Of a DNA stretch of 64,000 nucleotides, positions 29,424 to 40,770 are shown piece by piece (position 1 is the first letter of the stretch; every line of letters begins with the position of its first letter). The position numbers and the translations under genes were made by a program. The notes below the pieces were generated by a model. It saw nothing but the letters and a program-made list of their open reading frames with translations, did no database searches and was not told where the DNA came from. The stretch spans positions 84,917-148,916 of the forward strand of contig CAYPIU010000001.1 of NCBI GenBank assembly GCA_964410915.1, given 5' to 3'. The DNA comes from an uncultured Synergistales bacterium. Its GTDB lineage: Bacteria; Synergistota; Synergistia; Synergistales; JAFGMB01.

Positions 29424-30491
29424 CTAAACTGATGCTTCGGAAAAAATCTTTAACAGTTTCTTCATCTCATTTTCCTGGCCTATAGTTACGCGCATCCAGT
29501 TTTCTCTGTAAAATCCAATTTCAGGATACTTTACTTTAATATGGTTTTCTTCCAGAACTTTTTGTAAATTCTCTTTATTATTTTTATATTTCAATAGAAC
29601 AAAATTGGCATCACTCTTATAAGCATTCCAGCCGGCCATTTCGTTGATCTGCTTGGTAAAACTATCTCTGATAAATCTTATGCTATCTACACGACTTTTC
29701 ATCCAGTCAGGATAATTCAGCATCATATATGCTACCTGTTCTGTAAAAATGTTTACATTAAATGGGCTTCTTATTGAGGATAAACGACTGGTGATCGATT
29801 TGCTGCACAGTCCAAAACCACACCGAAGTCCTGCTAGACCCCATGCCTTGGAAAGTGTTTTCAGAATTACAAGATTTTTAGAAATATTCTCATTATTAAT
29901 ATGTTGCAGGAAATTGTAATCCGCAAATTCAGAATAAGCTTCATCGACGATTACCGGGCATTCTGCCAATGAAATTATTGTTTCAAGAAATTCGTTATCA
30001 ATACTTATCCCTGACGGATTATTGGGTGTATCGAGTAAAATCAGTGAGTAGGATCCATTCCTCAGTTGTTTTAAAAATCTCACTGTATCGATAGAAAAAA
30101 TCTTTTCATCATATTTCAGTGGTATCTTATAATGTTGAAGATCAAAAACACCAGCCAGATGTTCATACTCCGAGAATGTCGGGGTCATAGAGAGGATCCT
30201 GTCCCCAGGTTTTGTGAAAGCAGAAAAAAGCATCCATAATATTTCATCTCCGCCATTACCCGCCAGTATCTGGTCTGCTGGGAAACGATAATGTTCTGAA
30301 GCTCTGTTCCTAAGCCTTTTGTAAGAAGGATCAGGATACCTGTTAAATTGAATATTACTGATACTTTCTCTGATTTCTTCAAGAAATGCTGGTGGAAGGG
30401 GAAATGGATTTTCATTTTTATCAAGAAGAATTTCAGATATTGCCAGGGGGTGCTTTTTTGTCTGTATTAAAGGTGCGTAAGTTAATCCCAC
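29424..30491 (-). CDS. hisC: class-II PLP aminotransferase, histidinol-phosphate aminotransferase family
   Basis: LDKNENPFPLP and TLSKAWGLAGLRCGF (PLP Lys) motifs. GTG 30491 lies 7 nt after TGGAGG. The track start ATG 30560 adds 23 implausible residues. Confidence 0.7.
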   Translation of the reverse strand: MGLTYAPLIQTKKHPLAISEILLDKNENPFPLPPAFLEEIRESISNIQFNRYPDPSYKRLRNRASEHYRFPADQILAGNGGDEILWMLFSAFTKPGDRILSMTPTFSEYEHLAGVFDLQHYKIPLKYDEKIFSIDTVRFLKQLRNGSYSLILLDTPNNPSGISIDNEFLETIISLAECPVIVDEAYSEFADYNFLQHINNENISKNLVILKTLSKAWGLAGLRCGFGLCSKSITSRLSSIRSPFNVNIFTEQVAYMMLNYPDWMKSRVDSIRFIRDSFTKQINEMAGWNAYKSDANFVLLKYKNNKENLQKVLEENHIKVKYPEIGFYRENWMRVTIGQENEMKKLLKIFSEASV

Positions 30492-30673
30492 ATTAAAACC
30501 TCCATTGCACTTCAGCGTAGCATAACAGTAGTTTGGAAAATACACACGGGAGTTTATCATAGCATAATGTATAATGTCAAACTGATGTAATGCATAGCTG
30601 AACTGCTAAGTTTGATGTATTTGATCAAGAGAAATGAAATATAGGATAATCTATTTTAATCTGATTTAATGGG

Positions 30674-30702
30674 TTGACGGAAAAGGTAATGATACATATA
30701 AT
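30674..30702 (+). promoter_or_regulatory. sigma-70 promoter of the tRNA-Leu/fMet/Met operon
   Basis: TTGACG - 17 nt - TATAAT, followed by a GC-rich discriminator (GCGC). The first tRNA starts 13 nt after the -10 element. Confidence 0.6.
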
Positions 30703-30714
30703 ATGTGAGCGCTG

Positions 30715-30802
30715 GCCGGGCTGGCGGAAATGGTAGACGCACGGGACTTAAAATCCTGTGGACTTAAAGTCCGTGCGGGTTCGAGTCCCGCGTCCGGCAC
30801 CA
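30715..30802 (+). tRNA. tRNA-Leu (anticodon UAA)
   Basis: Acceptor GCCGGGC/GUCCGGC, anticodon loop CUUAAAA, long variable arm GGACUUAAAGUCC, T-loop GGTTCGAGTCC, encoded CCA. Confidence 0.9.
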
Positions 30803-30826
30803 AGAGAACCTTTCAGTGCTGAATAT

Positions 30827-30905
<79 letters not shown>

Positions 30906-30907
30906 CT

Positions 30908-30984
30908 GGCGGTGTAGCTCAGTTGGCTAGAGCATACGGTTCATACCCGTAGTGTCACTGGTTCGACTCCAGTCACCGCCACCA
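30908..30984 (+). tRNA. tRNA-Met, elongator type (anticodon CAU; Ile2 not formally excluded)
   Basis: Cloverleaf GGCGGTG...CACCGCC-A-CCA. The anticodon arm UACGG-UUCAUAC-CCGUA resembles Bacillus-type elongator tRNA-Met as I remember it. Confidence 0.75.
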
Positions 30985-30999
30985 TTTGAGTTTATAATA

Positions 31000-31028
31000 A
31001 TGGCGGGAATATGTCCCGTCATTTTTTA
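31000..31028 (+). terminator. rho-independent terminator of the tRNA operon
   Basis: ATGGCGGGA-atatg-TCCCGTCAT (9 bp including one G-U pair) followed by TTTTTT. Confidence 0.75.
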
Positions 31029-31108
31029 ATTTCAGAAAACGGAAGTGTTCACTCACGAGTACTTATCTTAATGAACACAGAGTACCATATGAAATTTCTG
31101 ATCGTGTT

Positions 31109-32446
31109 TTGCAAAAAAGGTTCATTTCTGCTTCAAAGAGACAGGGCTGGTGGAAACCAGATGGTCCTGTCATACTTGCTGTATCAGGCGGAAGTGATTC
31201 TATGGCAATGTTGTGGTTTTTCAATCAATTCTGGGGAAATGATTTCATTGTCGCACATCTTGAACATGGGATAAGAGGTTCCGCTTCATTAATGGATTCT
31301 GATTTTGTCCAACGTGTCTGTCTGGAGATGGGCGTAAAATTTGAAAAAAAACATATATCAGTCCCCCGATCCCGTAAAAAGGGAGAATCCCTCGAACAGG
31401 CTGCCAGGAGATTACGATATCTTTTCCTCAGAGAAGTTAATAATAACTATGGCGGATCTTTTGTTGCCCTTGCCCATACAGCGGATGACGTTGCTGAAAC
31501 TGTAATTCATAACCTTACCAGAGGTTCCGGCCCGTATGGTCTAATTGGTATTCCGGAACGTCGAGATGTCTTTATCAGGCCCCTGATAGATTTTTACAGG
31601 GAAGAACTCCGGGAAATCCTGAGATCCCGATCAATAAGCTGGAGTGATGATGAAACTAATCTCGATGTCAATATTCTTCGCAACCGGATCAGGCTTGACC
31701 TTTTACCCTGGCTTTCCAAGTATGTAAATGAGCGTTCTAAAGAGCATATTGTATCTACAGCCAAAACTATGGTCAGGGCAAGAGAAGATGAGCGTATGGC
31801 AGGTTCTTCTACACTGTTATGGGTGAAACGTTATGTTCCTTTTTCCCTTTTTGCGATGGATATTAAGCTTTTGAGAAAAATTGAATATAGTCTATTGCCA
31901 ATAGTACTTCGTAGTCTTGGAAGAAAGTTTGGTTTAACAGCTCTTAACAGGAAACGAACAGAAGAACTTGTAAATCTAATTTTAAAATCAGGCCGGTGGA
32001 GTTTCCAATGGCAGGAGAACTATGAAATATGTGCTGGTCAGGGATATGTTGCGTTGCTCAAGAAGGATATACTGAAGAAAACAGACTTTACATCTTTTAC
32101 ATCCAGAGTCCAGGACCAGTATCAGTGCTTTTCTCTGAAGGGTTGGAGAATATCGATATATCCTGATACAGATAATATTACTGACCGTTCAGGAACAAGT
32201 CAAGCCAGTGTTCCGTTACTACCAGGAGAGGATCTTGACATTCAGCCTCTTTCGGAATGCAGATCTGAGATCTCCCTGGAATTTATACAAGCCATCCCAT
32301 GGTGGTTATATTCCTGCTGGCCTGTTTTTATATATGGCAATAAAATATTATGGTCTCCTGTTTTTGGTTCGATTCCTTTCAAGATCGAATCCAAAACAGA
32401 TAAGGTGCAATATAATTTCAGGATTATTGCTGAAGAAAGATGTTGA
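31109..32446 (+). CDS. tilS: tRNA(Ile)-lysidine synthase
   Basis: PP-loop AVSGGSDS. tilS-hpt-ftsH synteny. TTG start. Confidence 0.85.
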   Translation: MQKRFISASKRQGWWKPDGPVILAVSGGSDSMAMLWFFNQFWGNDFIVAHLEHGIRGSASLMDSDFVQRVCLEMGVKFEKKHISVPRSRKKGESLEQAARRLRYLFLREVNNNYGGSFVALAHTADDVAETVIHNLTRGSGPYGLIGIPERRDVFIRPLIDFYREELREILRSRSISWSDDETNLDVNILRNRIRLDLLPWLSKYVNERSKEHIVSTAKTMVRAREDERMAGSSTLLWVKRYVPFSLFAMDIKLLRKIEYSLLPIVLRSLGRKFGLTALNRKRTEELVNLILKSGRWSFQWQENYEICAGQGYVALLKKDILKKTDFTSFTSRVQDQYQCFSLKGWRISIYPDTDNITDRSGTSQASVPLLPGEDLDIQPLSECRSEISLEFIQAIPWWLYSCWPVFIYGNKILWSPVFGSIPFKIESKTDKVQYNFRIIAEERC

Positions 32447-32461
32447 GAAAGGCGGTATATA

Positions 32462-33013
32462 ATGGTTTATGCTCCAGGTAGCACTCTTTTAAGTTCAGAA
32501 GAGATCAATGGGAGGGTAAAAGAACTTGGCAATAGGATCAGTGAAAAATATGCTGGGGAAGAAGTTGTTGTTATTGCCGTACTTAAAGGTGCTGTTATCT
32601 TTCTTTCTGATCTGGTAAGGTATATTTCGCCGGATGTAAAAGTGATACTTGATTTTATGGCTGTTTCCTCGTATGGTGATTCCACAAAAACAAGCGGCGT
32701 AGTCAAGATCAATAAGGATCTTGACTCCAGTGTAAGTAACAGGCATGTTCTCATAGTTGAGGATATAGTTGACACAGGTTTAACGCTTTCCTACCTCAAA
32801 AAGATTTTTAACGAAAGAAAACCATTGAGTGTATCGGTATGTGCTTTACTGGACAAAAAGGAAAAACGTCAGGTAGATGTAAAGGTTGATTTTACAGGAT
32901 TTGAAATTCCGGATAAGTTTGTAGTAGGATATGGTCTTGATTTTGCAGGGCAATGGAGAAATCTGCCTGATATTCTCTGTATGGAAGAAATTGATCTGCA
33001 AGAGAATAAATAG
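32462..33013 (+). CDS. hpt: hypoxanthine phosphoribosyltransferase
   Basis: PRPP motif VLIVEDIVDTGLTL and the FVVGYGLD motif. Confidence 0.9.
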   Translation: MVYAPGSTLLSSEEINGRVKELGNRISEKYAGEEVVVIAVLKGAVIFLSDLVRYISPDVKVILDFMAVSSYGDSTKTSGVVKINKDLDSSVSNRHVLIVEDIVDTGLTLSYLKKIFNERKPLSVSVCALLDKKEKRQVDVKVDFTGFEIPDKFVVGYGLDFAGQWRNLPDILCMEEIDLQENK

Positions 33014-33046
33014 TGTAATGAACAAATAAAGGAAGGTGGCGATTGT

Positions 33047-34975
33047 TTGCGCCGTTTAGCAAAAAACCTTGGTCTGTATTTGATACTTATCGTTCTGGTG
33101 GTTAGCCTGGTAAATGTATTTCTATCTCCCTCGCAAAGCCCTCAGGATGTTACAGTGATCAGTTATTCAAATTTTTTACAGTCAGTAAATAATGGTGAAA
33201 TACAGGAAGTAACAATTGGAGATTCTGTAGTAAATGGGAAGTACTTGAATGGTAAAGACTTTAAAACCTATGTAGCAGGTGAAGGTGACTTGGCAGATAA
33301 ACTGGCCAATCAGGGTGTAAATGTACAAGTCAAACCTCCGCAGGAAACTCCCTGGTGGGGAGCAATGTTATCTACCCTTTTCCCGACATTGTTACTTATC
33401 GGTGTCTGGATATTCTTCCTGTACCATATGCAGGGAGGAAGCGGAAAGGTAATGAACTTTGCCAAAAGCAAGGCAAAACTGTTCATAGATAACAGACCTA
33501 AAGTTACTTTTGATGATGTTGCAGGTTGTGAAGAATCCAAGGAAGAACTTTCTGAGGTTGTTAAATATCTTAAAGATCCAGGCAAGTTTACATCTTTGGG
33601 AGCAAATGTTCCCAAAGGGGTACTGCTATTAGGTCCTCCGGGCACAGGTAAGACACTTCTTGCTCGAGCATCCGCCGGGGAAGCAGATGTGCCTTTTTTC
33701 AGTGTGAGTGGGTCTGATTTCGTGGAGATGTTCGTGGGAGTTGGTGCATCTCGAGTAAGGGATCTGTTTGAGCAGGCAAGAAAATACCAGCCATGCATCA
33801 TTTTCATAGATGAAATGGATGCTGTAGGTCGCCACAGAGGAGCAGGCCTTGGCGGTGGTCATGATGAGAGAGAACAGACACTAAATCAGCTTCTTGTTGA
33901 ACTTGACGGTTTTGATGAATCTACAGGTATTATCCTTATAGCTGCTACGAATAGACCAGATATTCTGGATCCTGCGCTTCTCCGTCCAGGTAGGTTCGAC
34001 AGACACATAGTTGTCGACCGACCTGATGTTAACGGAAGAGAGGCTATAATCAGGGTTCACCTTAAAGATAAGAAGATCTCCAAGGATATTGATCTTGGTG
34101 TACTCGCAAGACGTACTCCCGGGTTTGTAGGTGCAGATCTGGCCAACCTGGTTAATGAGTCTGCTTTACTGGCAGCCAGAGAAGGCAAAAAAGTCATTGA
34201 AATGAAAGATTTTGAGGAAGGTATTGACAGGGTTCTGGCAGGACCGGAACGAAAAAGCAGACTTATCAGTCCTGCAGAGAAAAAAATAATTGCCTATCAT
34301 GAGACCGGTCATGCCCTCGTTGCCAAGTATATTCCTAACTGTGATCCAGTCCACAAAATTTCCATTATACCCAGGGGGCATATGGCTCTTGGATATACGC
34401 TTCAATTACCGGAGGAAGATCGTTTCCTTCAGTCAAGGAAGGAACTTGAAAACAGAATCTGCGTTCTTCTTGGTGGCAGGGTAGCCGAAGAGATCGTTTT
34501 TGGCGATGTTACTACAGGAGCTGGAAATGATCTTGAGAAAGCTACTCAGATCGCAAGACAAATGGTAATGGAGTTCGGAATGAGTGATAAACTGGGACTT
34601 GTTAAGCTTGGTCACAAGCGTCAGGAAATATTCCTAGGAAGAGATATAAATGAAGAACGAAACTATAGTGAAGAGATCGCATATGCTATAGATCAGGAAA
34701 TACGTTCATTGATCGATGGATGTTACAAACGGGTCAGGGAAATACTCACTACTAACGGAGAAGAAATGGAAAAAGTGGCTGCCCAGCTTTTACAGAATGA
34801 GGTTATTGAGGGTAAGGAACTTGATGTCCTTCTTGGGATAGCCAGAGAAGAGGAAACAACCTCACAACCAGAGCAGTCAAAAAGCGAGGATGTTCCGGGT
34901 TATGAGTCTGACGAAGTTAAAAAAGGAAATGAAACAGATCCCGGTAAAGATAATTTAGGAACTGTGCCTGTATAA
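33047..34975 (+). CDS. ftsH: ATP-dependent zinc metalloprotease FtsH
   Basis: Two N-terminal TM segments, Walker A GPPGTGKT, Walker [31 protein letters not shown], and the zinc motif HETGHAL. Confidence 0.95.
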   Translation: MRRLAKNLGLYLILIVLVVSLVNVFLSPSQSPQDVTVISYSNFLQSVNNGEIQEVTIGDSVVNGKYLNGKDFKTYVAGEGDLADKLANQGVNVQVKPPQETPWWGAMLSTLFPTLLLIGVWIFFLYHMQGGSGKVMNFAKSKAKLFIDNRPKVTFDDVAGCEESKEELSEVVKYLKDPGKFTSLGANVPKGVLLLGPPGTGKTLLARASAGEADVPFFSVSGSDFVEMFVGVGASRVRDLFEQARKYQPCIIFIDEMDAVGRHRGAGLGGGHDEREQTLNQLLVELDGFDESTGIILIAATNRPDILDPALLRPGRFDRHIVVDRPDVNGREAIIRVHLKDKKISKDIDLGVLARRTPGFVGADLANLVNESALLAAREGKKVIEMKDFEEGIDRVLAGPERKSRLISPAEKKIIAYHETGHALVAKYIPNCDPVHKISIIPRGHMALGYTLQLPEEDRFLQSRKELENRICVLLGGRVAEEIVFGDVTTGAGNDLEKATQIARQMVMEFGMSDKLGLVKLGHKRQEIFLGRDINEERNYSEEIAYAIDQEIRSLIDGCYKRVREILTTNGEEMEKVAAQLLQNEVIEGKELDVLLGIAREEETTSQPEQSKSEDVPGYESDEVKKGNETDPGKDNLGTVPV

Positions 34976-35065
34976 ATGGATTAACTGGTCTACATTTAAA
35001 CTATTAATGTTATGGTTTATCTTATGAGTATTTTAATTTAATTGCAATGAATAAGGAATACCTAA

Positions 35066-35100
35066 GGGCGTGAAGGATCTTTCCTGAACGCTCTTTTTTC
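35066..35100 (+). terminator. rho-independent terminator after ftsH
   Basis: GGGCGTgaAGGA-tctt-TCCTgaACGCTC, an interrupted stem followed by TTTTTT. Confidence 0.6.
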
Positions 35101-35154
35101 CTAAATAAGCATTACGAACCTCTTAACAACTAAGGAGGAGTGGAGGTCGTATAA

Positions 35155-37203
35155 ATGTTGAGTAATGGAAATCTTTTTGAAATTAGCGCTGCCTGGGATC
35201 CTTCAGGGGATCAACCCAATGCCATAATAGAACTTGCCAATGGCCTTCTTCAGGGGAATAAACTTCAGACACTTCTTGGTGTGACAGGAAGCGGGAAGAC
35301 ATTTACCATAGCAAATGTCATTCAGAAAATACAAAAACCCACTCTTGTGATCGCACATAACAAAACTCTTGCAGCACAACTTTATAGTGAGTTCAAATCC
35401 TTTTTCCCATACAATTCTGTAAATTATTTTGTAAGCTACTATGATTATTATCAGCCAGAAGCTTATATACCATCCAGTGATGTATATATTGAAAAAGATG
35501 CATCTATCAATGACCGTATAGAAAAACTTCGTCTGGCAACGACGAAGTCTCTTCTCGAAAGACGAGATGTAATTGTGGTAGCAAGTGTTTCCTGTATCTA
35601 TGGTCTGGGAAAGAGGCAGAACTATGAGGAAGCTGTCTTTACTTTTCAGATTGGAGATGAATGGGACAGGCACAAGTTCTTAGGAAGACTGGTGGATAAT
35701 CATTACAGCAGAAACGACACGGTGTTATCTCCGGGTAACTTCAGAGCAAGAGGTGACATAGTCGATATATTTCCTGCCTATACTGACACTGCATTAAGAA
35801 TATCTTTCTTTGACGAGGAAATAGAGCGTATTGAGGAGATAGACCCGGTTACCTCGCACTTGATCACTGACAAGACGAATGCTGCACTGTTTCCAGCTCA
35901 GCACTATATTACTTCCGAAGAGGCAATAAGGGATGCTCTTAAAAAGATCAATGATGAAATGATATTTGAAGCTGCCAGATTCAGGAGTGAAGGTAAGTTT
36001 CTGGAAGCCCAGAGACTTGAAATGAGAACCAGATATGATATGGAAATGCTTTCAGAGATGGGGTACTGTTCTGGTATAGAAAACTATTCAAGATACCTCG
36101 ATGGCAGGGAAGAGGGTGAACCTCCCGGAACTCTTCTTGATTTTTTCCCCGATGATTTTATGATGGTAGTGGATGAATCTCACATTACACTTCCACAGGT
36201 CCGGGGTATGTACAATGGTGACAGGGCCCGAAAAATTACTCTGGTTGAAAATGGATACCGATTGCCTTCCTGTTTAGATAACAGGCCACTTCAATGGCAT
36301 GAATTTACTGATTTTATGCGCAATGTTATATGTGTGTCTGCCACTCCCGGAGACTGGGAAAAGGAATCAAGTTCAAAAGTAGTAGAACAGATCGTAAGAC
36401 CAACAGGAGTTCTGGATCCTGAAGTAAAAGTATCCCCTGCCATAAACCAGGTAGATGATCTGGTTGAAAGACTTCGAAAAATTGTGAGTAATGACCAGAG
36501 CGCATTAGTCACTACACTGACAAAACGTTCTTCTGAAGATCTTGCGCAATACCTTTCAGAAATTGGTTTCAGGGTAAAATATATTCATTCAGAACTTAAT
36601 ACTTTTGAAAGGGCAGAATTATTAAGGGATCTCAGGAAAAAGGATATCTCTGTCCTTGTTGGTGTTAACCTGCTTCGAGAGGGGATAGATCTTCCCGAGG
36701 TTACACTGGTAGCGATCCTGGATGCGGATAAAGAGGGTTTTCTTAGGTCTCACAGGTCCTTGATACAGATAATGGGTAGAGCTGCCAGAAATACTGCAGG
36801 TATTGTTGTTCTTTATGCAGATGAAGAAACTCGAAGTATAAAGACAGCATTGGAAGAAACCTCAAGAAGAAGAATTAAACAGATAGAGTACAATGTCCGG
36901 AACAATATTGAACCTCAGTCGATCACCAAGGAGATAGTAAGCCTTTTACCGGAAGAGCTTATGAATGAGGAGAAGGTAGATAGGGTTGCAGAGCCTGAAA
37001 ATATGATAGAAATGCCAATTGACTTTCTTGAAGAAATAATGTGGAAAGCCGTTGAAAAACTTGATTTTGAAAAGGCAGCCAGGATAAGAGATATCCTTTC
37101 TGATAAAACTCGAGGAGTTGGATATAGTGGATCGAATGATAAAGATTCAGGGCGCAAGAGAACACAATCTAAAAAATATAGATATAGAAATACCAAAAGA
37201 TAA
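35155..37203 (+). CDS. uvrB: excinuclease ABC subunit B
   Basis: GVTGSGKT helicase motif I, DESH, and a C-terminal UVR domain ([11 protein letters not shown]), followed by a basic 35-aa tail that overlaps uvrA. Confidence 0.95.
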   Translation: MLSNGNLFEISAAWDPSGDQPNAIIELANGLLQGNKLQTLLGVTGSGKTFTIANVIQKIQKPTLVIAHNKTLAAQLYSEFKSFFPYNSVNYFVSYYDYYQPEAYIPSSDVYIEKDASINDRIEKLRLATTKSLLERRDVIVVASVSCIYGLGKRQNYEEAVFTFQIGDEWDRHKFLGRLVDNHYSRNDTVLSPGNFRARGDIVDIFPAYTDTALRISFFDEEIERIEEIDPVTSHLITDKTNAALFPAQHYITSEEAIRDALKKINDEMIFEAARFRSEGKFLEAQRLEMRTRYDMEMLSEMGYCSGIENYSRYLDGREEGEPPGTLLDFFPDDFMMVVDESHITLPQVRGMYNGDRARKITLVENGYRLPSCLDNRPLQWHEFTDFMRNVICVSATPGDWEKESSSKVVEQIVRPTGVLDPEVKVSPAINQVDDLVERLRKIVSNDQSALVTTLTKRSSEDLAQYLSEIGFRVKYIHSELNTFERAELLRDLRKKDISVLVGVNLLREGIDLPEVTLVAILDADKEGFLRSHRSLIQIMGRAARNTAGIVVLYADEETRSIKTALEETSRRRIKQIEYNVRNNIEPQSITKEIVSLLPEELMNEEKVDRVAEPENMIEMPIDFLEEIMWKAVEKLDFEKAARIRDILSDKTRGVGYSGSNDKDSGRKRTQSKKYRYRNTKR

Positions 37204-39955
37204 GCTGACAGTTATAACAGGACCATCAGGTTCAGGTAAATCGTCACTTGCCTTTGATACTCTTTATGCGGAGGGACAGCGTCGCTATGTTGAATCATTA
37301 TCTTCTTATGCCCGTCAGTTTTTAGGTATACAGGACAAACCTGATGTTGATGATATTTCTGGACTCTCACCTGCCATCTCAATAGAGCAAAAGGGAACTT
37401 CTCATAATCCAAGGTCTACCGTTGGTACTGTAACAGAAATATATGATTATGTCCGACTTCTTTTTGGAAGGGTAGGTGTGCCATTTTGTCCATCATGTGG
37501 TAAACCTGTCAGAAGTTACAGCCTGGATGAGATCGTTGCTATTATATTTACTTCCTACCTTGATCACAAAATACAGATCCTGGCTCCCCAGATTCGGTCA
37601 AAAAAAGGGGAGTTCAAGAATCTTTTTGCCCGTAATCGTAAGGAAGGTTATATGAGAGTAAGGGTAGATGGTACTCAGTTATGGCTGGAAGAGGATATTC
37701 CCCTGGACAAGAATAAAAAACATTCCATAGAAGTTGTCATTGACCGATTGAAAGTTATTGAGGAAAGAAGAAGCAGGATAACTGAAGCTGTAGAAGCTGC
37801 ACTGAGATTGAGTGAAGGTTTTTTAATAGTGCTTGATGAGAACGGCGAAGAAAAACTTCTCACCGAGAACTCATCCTGCCCCGATTGTGATATTACGCTT
37901 CCTGCAGTGGAACCCAGGCTCTTTTCCTTCAACAGCCCCTCCGGGGCATGCGTTTCCTGTTCTGGTCTGGGAAGTCATCAGTATTTTTCAGAGGATCTTT
38001 CTGTTGATCCGGACAGGTCGGTATTTAATGGAGCCCTTCTACCCTGGGGGAAAAAACATTACATGCTGACGAAACTTGCTCATTTTGCTGAATATAATCA
38101 ATGGGATATAAGTACAAAATTTAATGATCTGCCGGAGGATATTAAAGAATTTATTCTTCATGGATCTGAGCAGAGAATTCCTCTTGTTTTCAATGAAAAG
38201 GGTCATAGGAGAACTTACATGGGACGTTTTGAGGGACTTTTAGCGTGGCTTGAACGTCGATGGAGGGAAACTGATTCTGAAAATGTCATTGATGATCTAG
38301 CACGATACAGGTATGACGATATCTGTGAACAATGCAATGGATTAAGACTAAGACCGGAAGCTCTAATGGTAAAAGTATGCGGGTATACTATTGCTGATTT
38401 TGTTAGTACTCCGGTTACAGGATTGAAGGATATCCTGAATGGCCTTGAATTGTCAGGTAAGGATAAGAAGATAGCGGGACAGATACTAAGAGAACTGACA
38501 AAAAGGGTTTCATTCCTTGTGGATGTTGGTGTTGGTTACCTTAATCTTGAAAGACGAGCTGACACATTAAGCGGAGGTGAGAGCCAGAGGATAAGACTTG
38601 CTACTCAGATCGGTTCAAAGCTGAGTGGGGTAATGTATGTTCTCGATGAACCGACAATAGGTTTGCATCCCCGTGATACTAAAAGACTATTGAAAACGCT
38701 AATTTCTATAAAAGAACTGGGAAATACTGTGATCGTGGTTGAACATGATCGTGACACAATGTTAGCTGCAGACCATATTATTGAAATGGGACCTGCAGCA
38801 GGAGAACTGGGTGGTTCTATAGTTCAGTCCGGAAATGCTCAAGATCTTATGACAAGAGGCTCATTGACCGCTCCCATGCTGTTAGGTAAAGCCAGTGGTA
38901 TAGTACCTTCTTCCCGATGTAATAAGGTTGTGGGAAACTGGATTTCAGTCAAAGGTGCAGAGCATAATAATCTCAAAAAGATAAATGTTGATATTCCCCT
39001 GGGTTTGTTTACCTGTATCACAGGAGTTTCAGGATCTGGCAAAAGTTCATTCACTCATGATGTACTGTTTAAAGGCCTGAAAAGACAGTTGGACCAGAAT
39101 TTCAGAGAAAAGCCGGGGAAACATATCTCAATAACTGGCTGGGAATATCTGAAAAATGTGGTTCTTATTGATCAGAGTCCGATAGGAAGAACGCCAAGAT
39201 CGAATCCTGCTACCTATACAGGGGTGTTTACTTTGATCAGAGAGCTCTTTTCAAATCTTCAGGAAGCAAAGATCAGAGGATATTCCCCCGGGCGTTTCAG
39301 TTTCAACGTTAAAGGTGGAAGGTGCGAGGCATGTAATGGGGCAGGCTCAGTTAAGGTTTCAATGTTATTCCTGCCGGATGTTTATGTTACCTGCGAGGTC
39401 TGTGATGGTAACAGATATAATAGAGAAACTCTGGAAATCAAATATAAGGGCAAAAGTATTGCCGAGGTTCTTAATATGACAGTAAACGAGGCGGCCGCAT
39501 TTTTTGGTGATATTCCAAGAATATCATCAAAGTTATATCTGCTCCAGGAGTCAGGTCTCGGATACATGAAACTTGGGCAGTCAGCCCTTACATTAAGTGG
39601 GGGAGAGGCTCAAAGAGTAAAACTTGCAAAGGAGTTAAGCAAGCGTTTCAGTGGGCATACCTTATACTTGCTTGATGAACCTACAACAGGCCTTTTTTAT
39701 ACTGATGTCAGAAATCTACTCAAGATCCTGCACAGGTTTGTCGAAAAAGGGAATAGTGTTGTTACAATTGAGCATAATCTTGATGTCCTTGCTTCAAGTG
39801 ACTATATCATCGACCTTGGTCCAGAAGGAGGATCCGCAGGCGGAAATCTTGTAGATAAAGGTTATCCGAGAGAGATAATAGAAAAGGGCAGAGGGTATAC
39901 AGCTCACTTTCTAAGAGACTATGTCAATGATCTTGTCACAAAAGGAGGTATTTAA
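37127..39955 (+). CDS. uvrA: excinuclease ABC subunit A
   Basis: Two ABC modules ([14 protein letters not shown]; GVSGSGKSS; two LSGGE signatures) and zinc-finger Cys clusters. GTG 37127 lies 9 nt after GAGGAG. TTG 37118 and ATG 37136 are alternative starts. Confidence 0.95.
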   Translation: MDRMIKIQGAREHNLKNIDIEIPKDKLTVITGPSGSGKSSLAFDTLYAEGQRRYVESLSSYARQFLGIQDKPDVDDISGLSPAISIEQKGTSHNPRSTVGTVTEIYDYVRLLFGRVGVPFCPSCGKPVRSYSLDEIVAIIFTSYLDHKIQILAPQIRSKKGEFKNLFARNRKEGYMRVRVDGTQLWLEEDIPLDKNKKHSIEVVIDRLKVIEERRSRITEAVEAALRLSEGFLIVLDENGEEKLLTENSSCPDCDITLPAVEPRLFSFNSPSGACVSCSGLGSHQYFSEDLSVDPDRSVFNGALLPWGKKHYMLTKLAHFAEYNQWDISTKFNDLPEDIKEFILHGSEQRIPLVFNEKGHRRTYMGRFEGLLAWLERRWRETDSENVIDDLARYRYDDICEQCNGLRLRPEALMVKVCGYTIADFVSTPVTGLKDILNGLELSGKDKKIAGQILRELTKRVSFLVDVGVGYLNLERRADTLSGGESQRIRLATQIGSKLSGVMYVLDEPTIGLHPRDTKRLLKTLISIKELGNTVIVVEHDRDTMLAADHIIEMGPAAGELGGSIVQSGNAQDLMTRGSLTAPMLLGKASGIVPSSRCNKVVGNWISVKGAEHNNLKKINVDIPLGLFTCITGVSGSGKSSFTHDVLFKGLKRQLDQNFREKPGKHISITGWEYLKNVVLIDQSPIGRTPRSNPATYTGVFTLIRELFSNLQEAKIRGYSPGRFSFNVKGGRCEACNGAGSVKVSMLFLPDVYVTCEVCDGNRYNRETLEIKYKGKSIAEVLNMTVNEAAAFFGDIPRISSKLYLLQESGLGYMKLGQSALTLSGGEAQRVKLAKELSKRFSGHTLYLLDEPTTGLFYTDVRNLLKILHRFVEKGNSVVTIEHNLDVLASSDYIIDLGPEGGSAGGNLVDKGYPREIIEKGRGYTAHFLRDYVNDLVTKGGI

Positions 39956-39960
39956 AGATT

Positions 39961-40716
39961 TTGAGAGCGGAAAAACAGAAAGAAATTCTTTGCTGGGGAA
40001 AAAATGTAGTGATGACACTTATGCAGAACTTCCCGGAAAGATGCAGTAAGGTAATTATTTCAAAAAGGATCAAGGCCAGTACTCAGGAGGAACTGATCTC
40101 TCTGGCAAAGGGGAAAGGGGTCCGATATGATATCGTGGCCAGTGAAGTTATCGATTCAGAATGTGAAGAAAACCATCAAGGTGTTCTGGCATATGCACAG
40201 CCCTTGTGTTTAACTTCTCTGGAAGATCTTATTTCAAAAAATATTGAGCAGAATAGCCCCTCTCTCCTGTTGTTGCTGGATCATCTAAAAGATCCTCACA
40301 ATCTTGGGGCGATATTGAGAACTGCCGAAACAGCAGGCGCTGATGCAGTAATTATTCCTAAAGACAGATCTGTTTCAGTAAATGGTACTGTGATCAAAGT
40401 TAGTTCAGGTGCTGCATTAAGGTTGCCGGTGGTTTCTGTTGTAAACCTTAACAGGTCAATAGAATTGTTAAAATCAAAGGGTTACTGGATAGTAGGGCTT
40501 GATCATAAAGCAGAGAATACGGTCTGGGATACCCCTTTTCCTGAAAGAACAGTTCTAACCCTTGGTTCTGAAGGTGAAGGTCTTTCAAGGCTTGTTAAAA
40601 AGAATTGTGATGATTTACGAAAGATACCTATGGCTGGCACGACTGGCTCCCTTAATGTAAGTGTTGCAGGCGCTATTGGTATATATGAATGGTTCAGGAA
40701 TATCCGGTCCTTATAA
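39961..40716 (+). CDS. rlmB: SpoU/TrmH-family RNA 2'-O-methyltransferase (RlmB-like)
   Basis: LLLDHLKDPHNLGAILRTAE, LGSEGEGLS and SLNVSVA motifs of the SPOUT class. Confidence 0.8.
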   Translation: MRAEKQKEILCWGKNVVMTLMQNFPERCSKVIISKRIKASTQEELISLAKGKGVRYDIVASEVIDSECEENHQGVLAYAQPLCLTSLEDLISKNIEQNSPSLLLLLDHLKDPHNLGAILRTAETAGADAVIIPKDRSVSVNGTVIKVSSGAALRLPVVSVVNLNRSIELLKSKGYWIVGLDHKAENTVWDTPFPERTVLTLGSEGEGLSRLVKKNCDDLRKIPMAGTTGSLNVSVAGAIGIYEWFRNIRSL

Positions 40717-40770
40717 CAACAGTGGGATTATTAAGTTGGGAGCGAGATTTTATTAAACGGGGGAATTTAA

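Noticed and set aside
30908-31108. A tRNA with a CAU anticodon sits immediately upstream of tilS, which makes it tempting to call it the lysidine substrate tRNA-Ile2 in a substrate-enzyme operon.
   Set aside because: The acceptor stem (GGCGGUG) and anticodon arm (UACGG-UUCAUAC-CCGUA) match what I remember of Bacillus-type elongator tRNA-Met. A clear rho-independent terminator (31000-31028) separates it from tilS. Met and Ile2 cannot be told apart without an identity model.
31011-31274. An 87-aa ORF spanning the tRNA terminator and the 5' end of tilS.
   Set aside because: It starts inside the terminator hairpin, is out of frame with tilS, and has no motif support.
35115-35128. CGAAC-containing sequence upstream of uvrB, considered as a possible Cheo/LexA SOS box.
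   Set aside because: Only the CGAAC half-site is present (CGAACCTCTTAACA). There is no GTTC/GTTYC partner at the required spacing.
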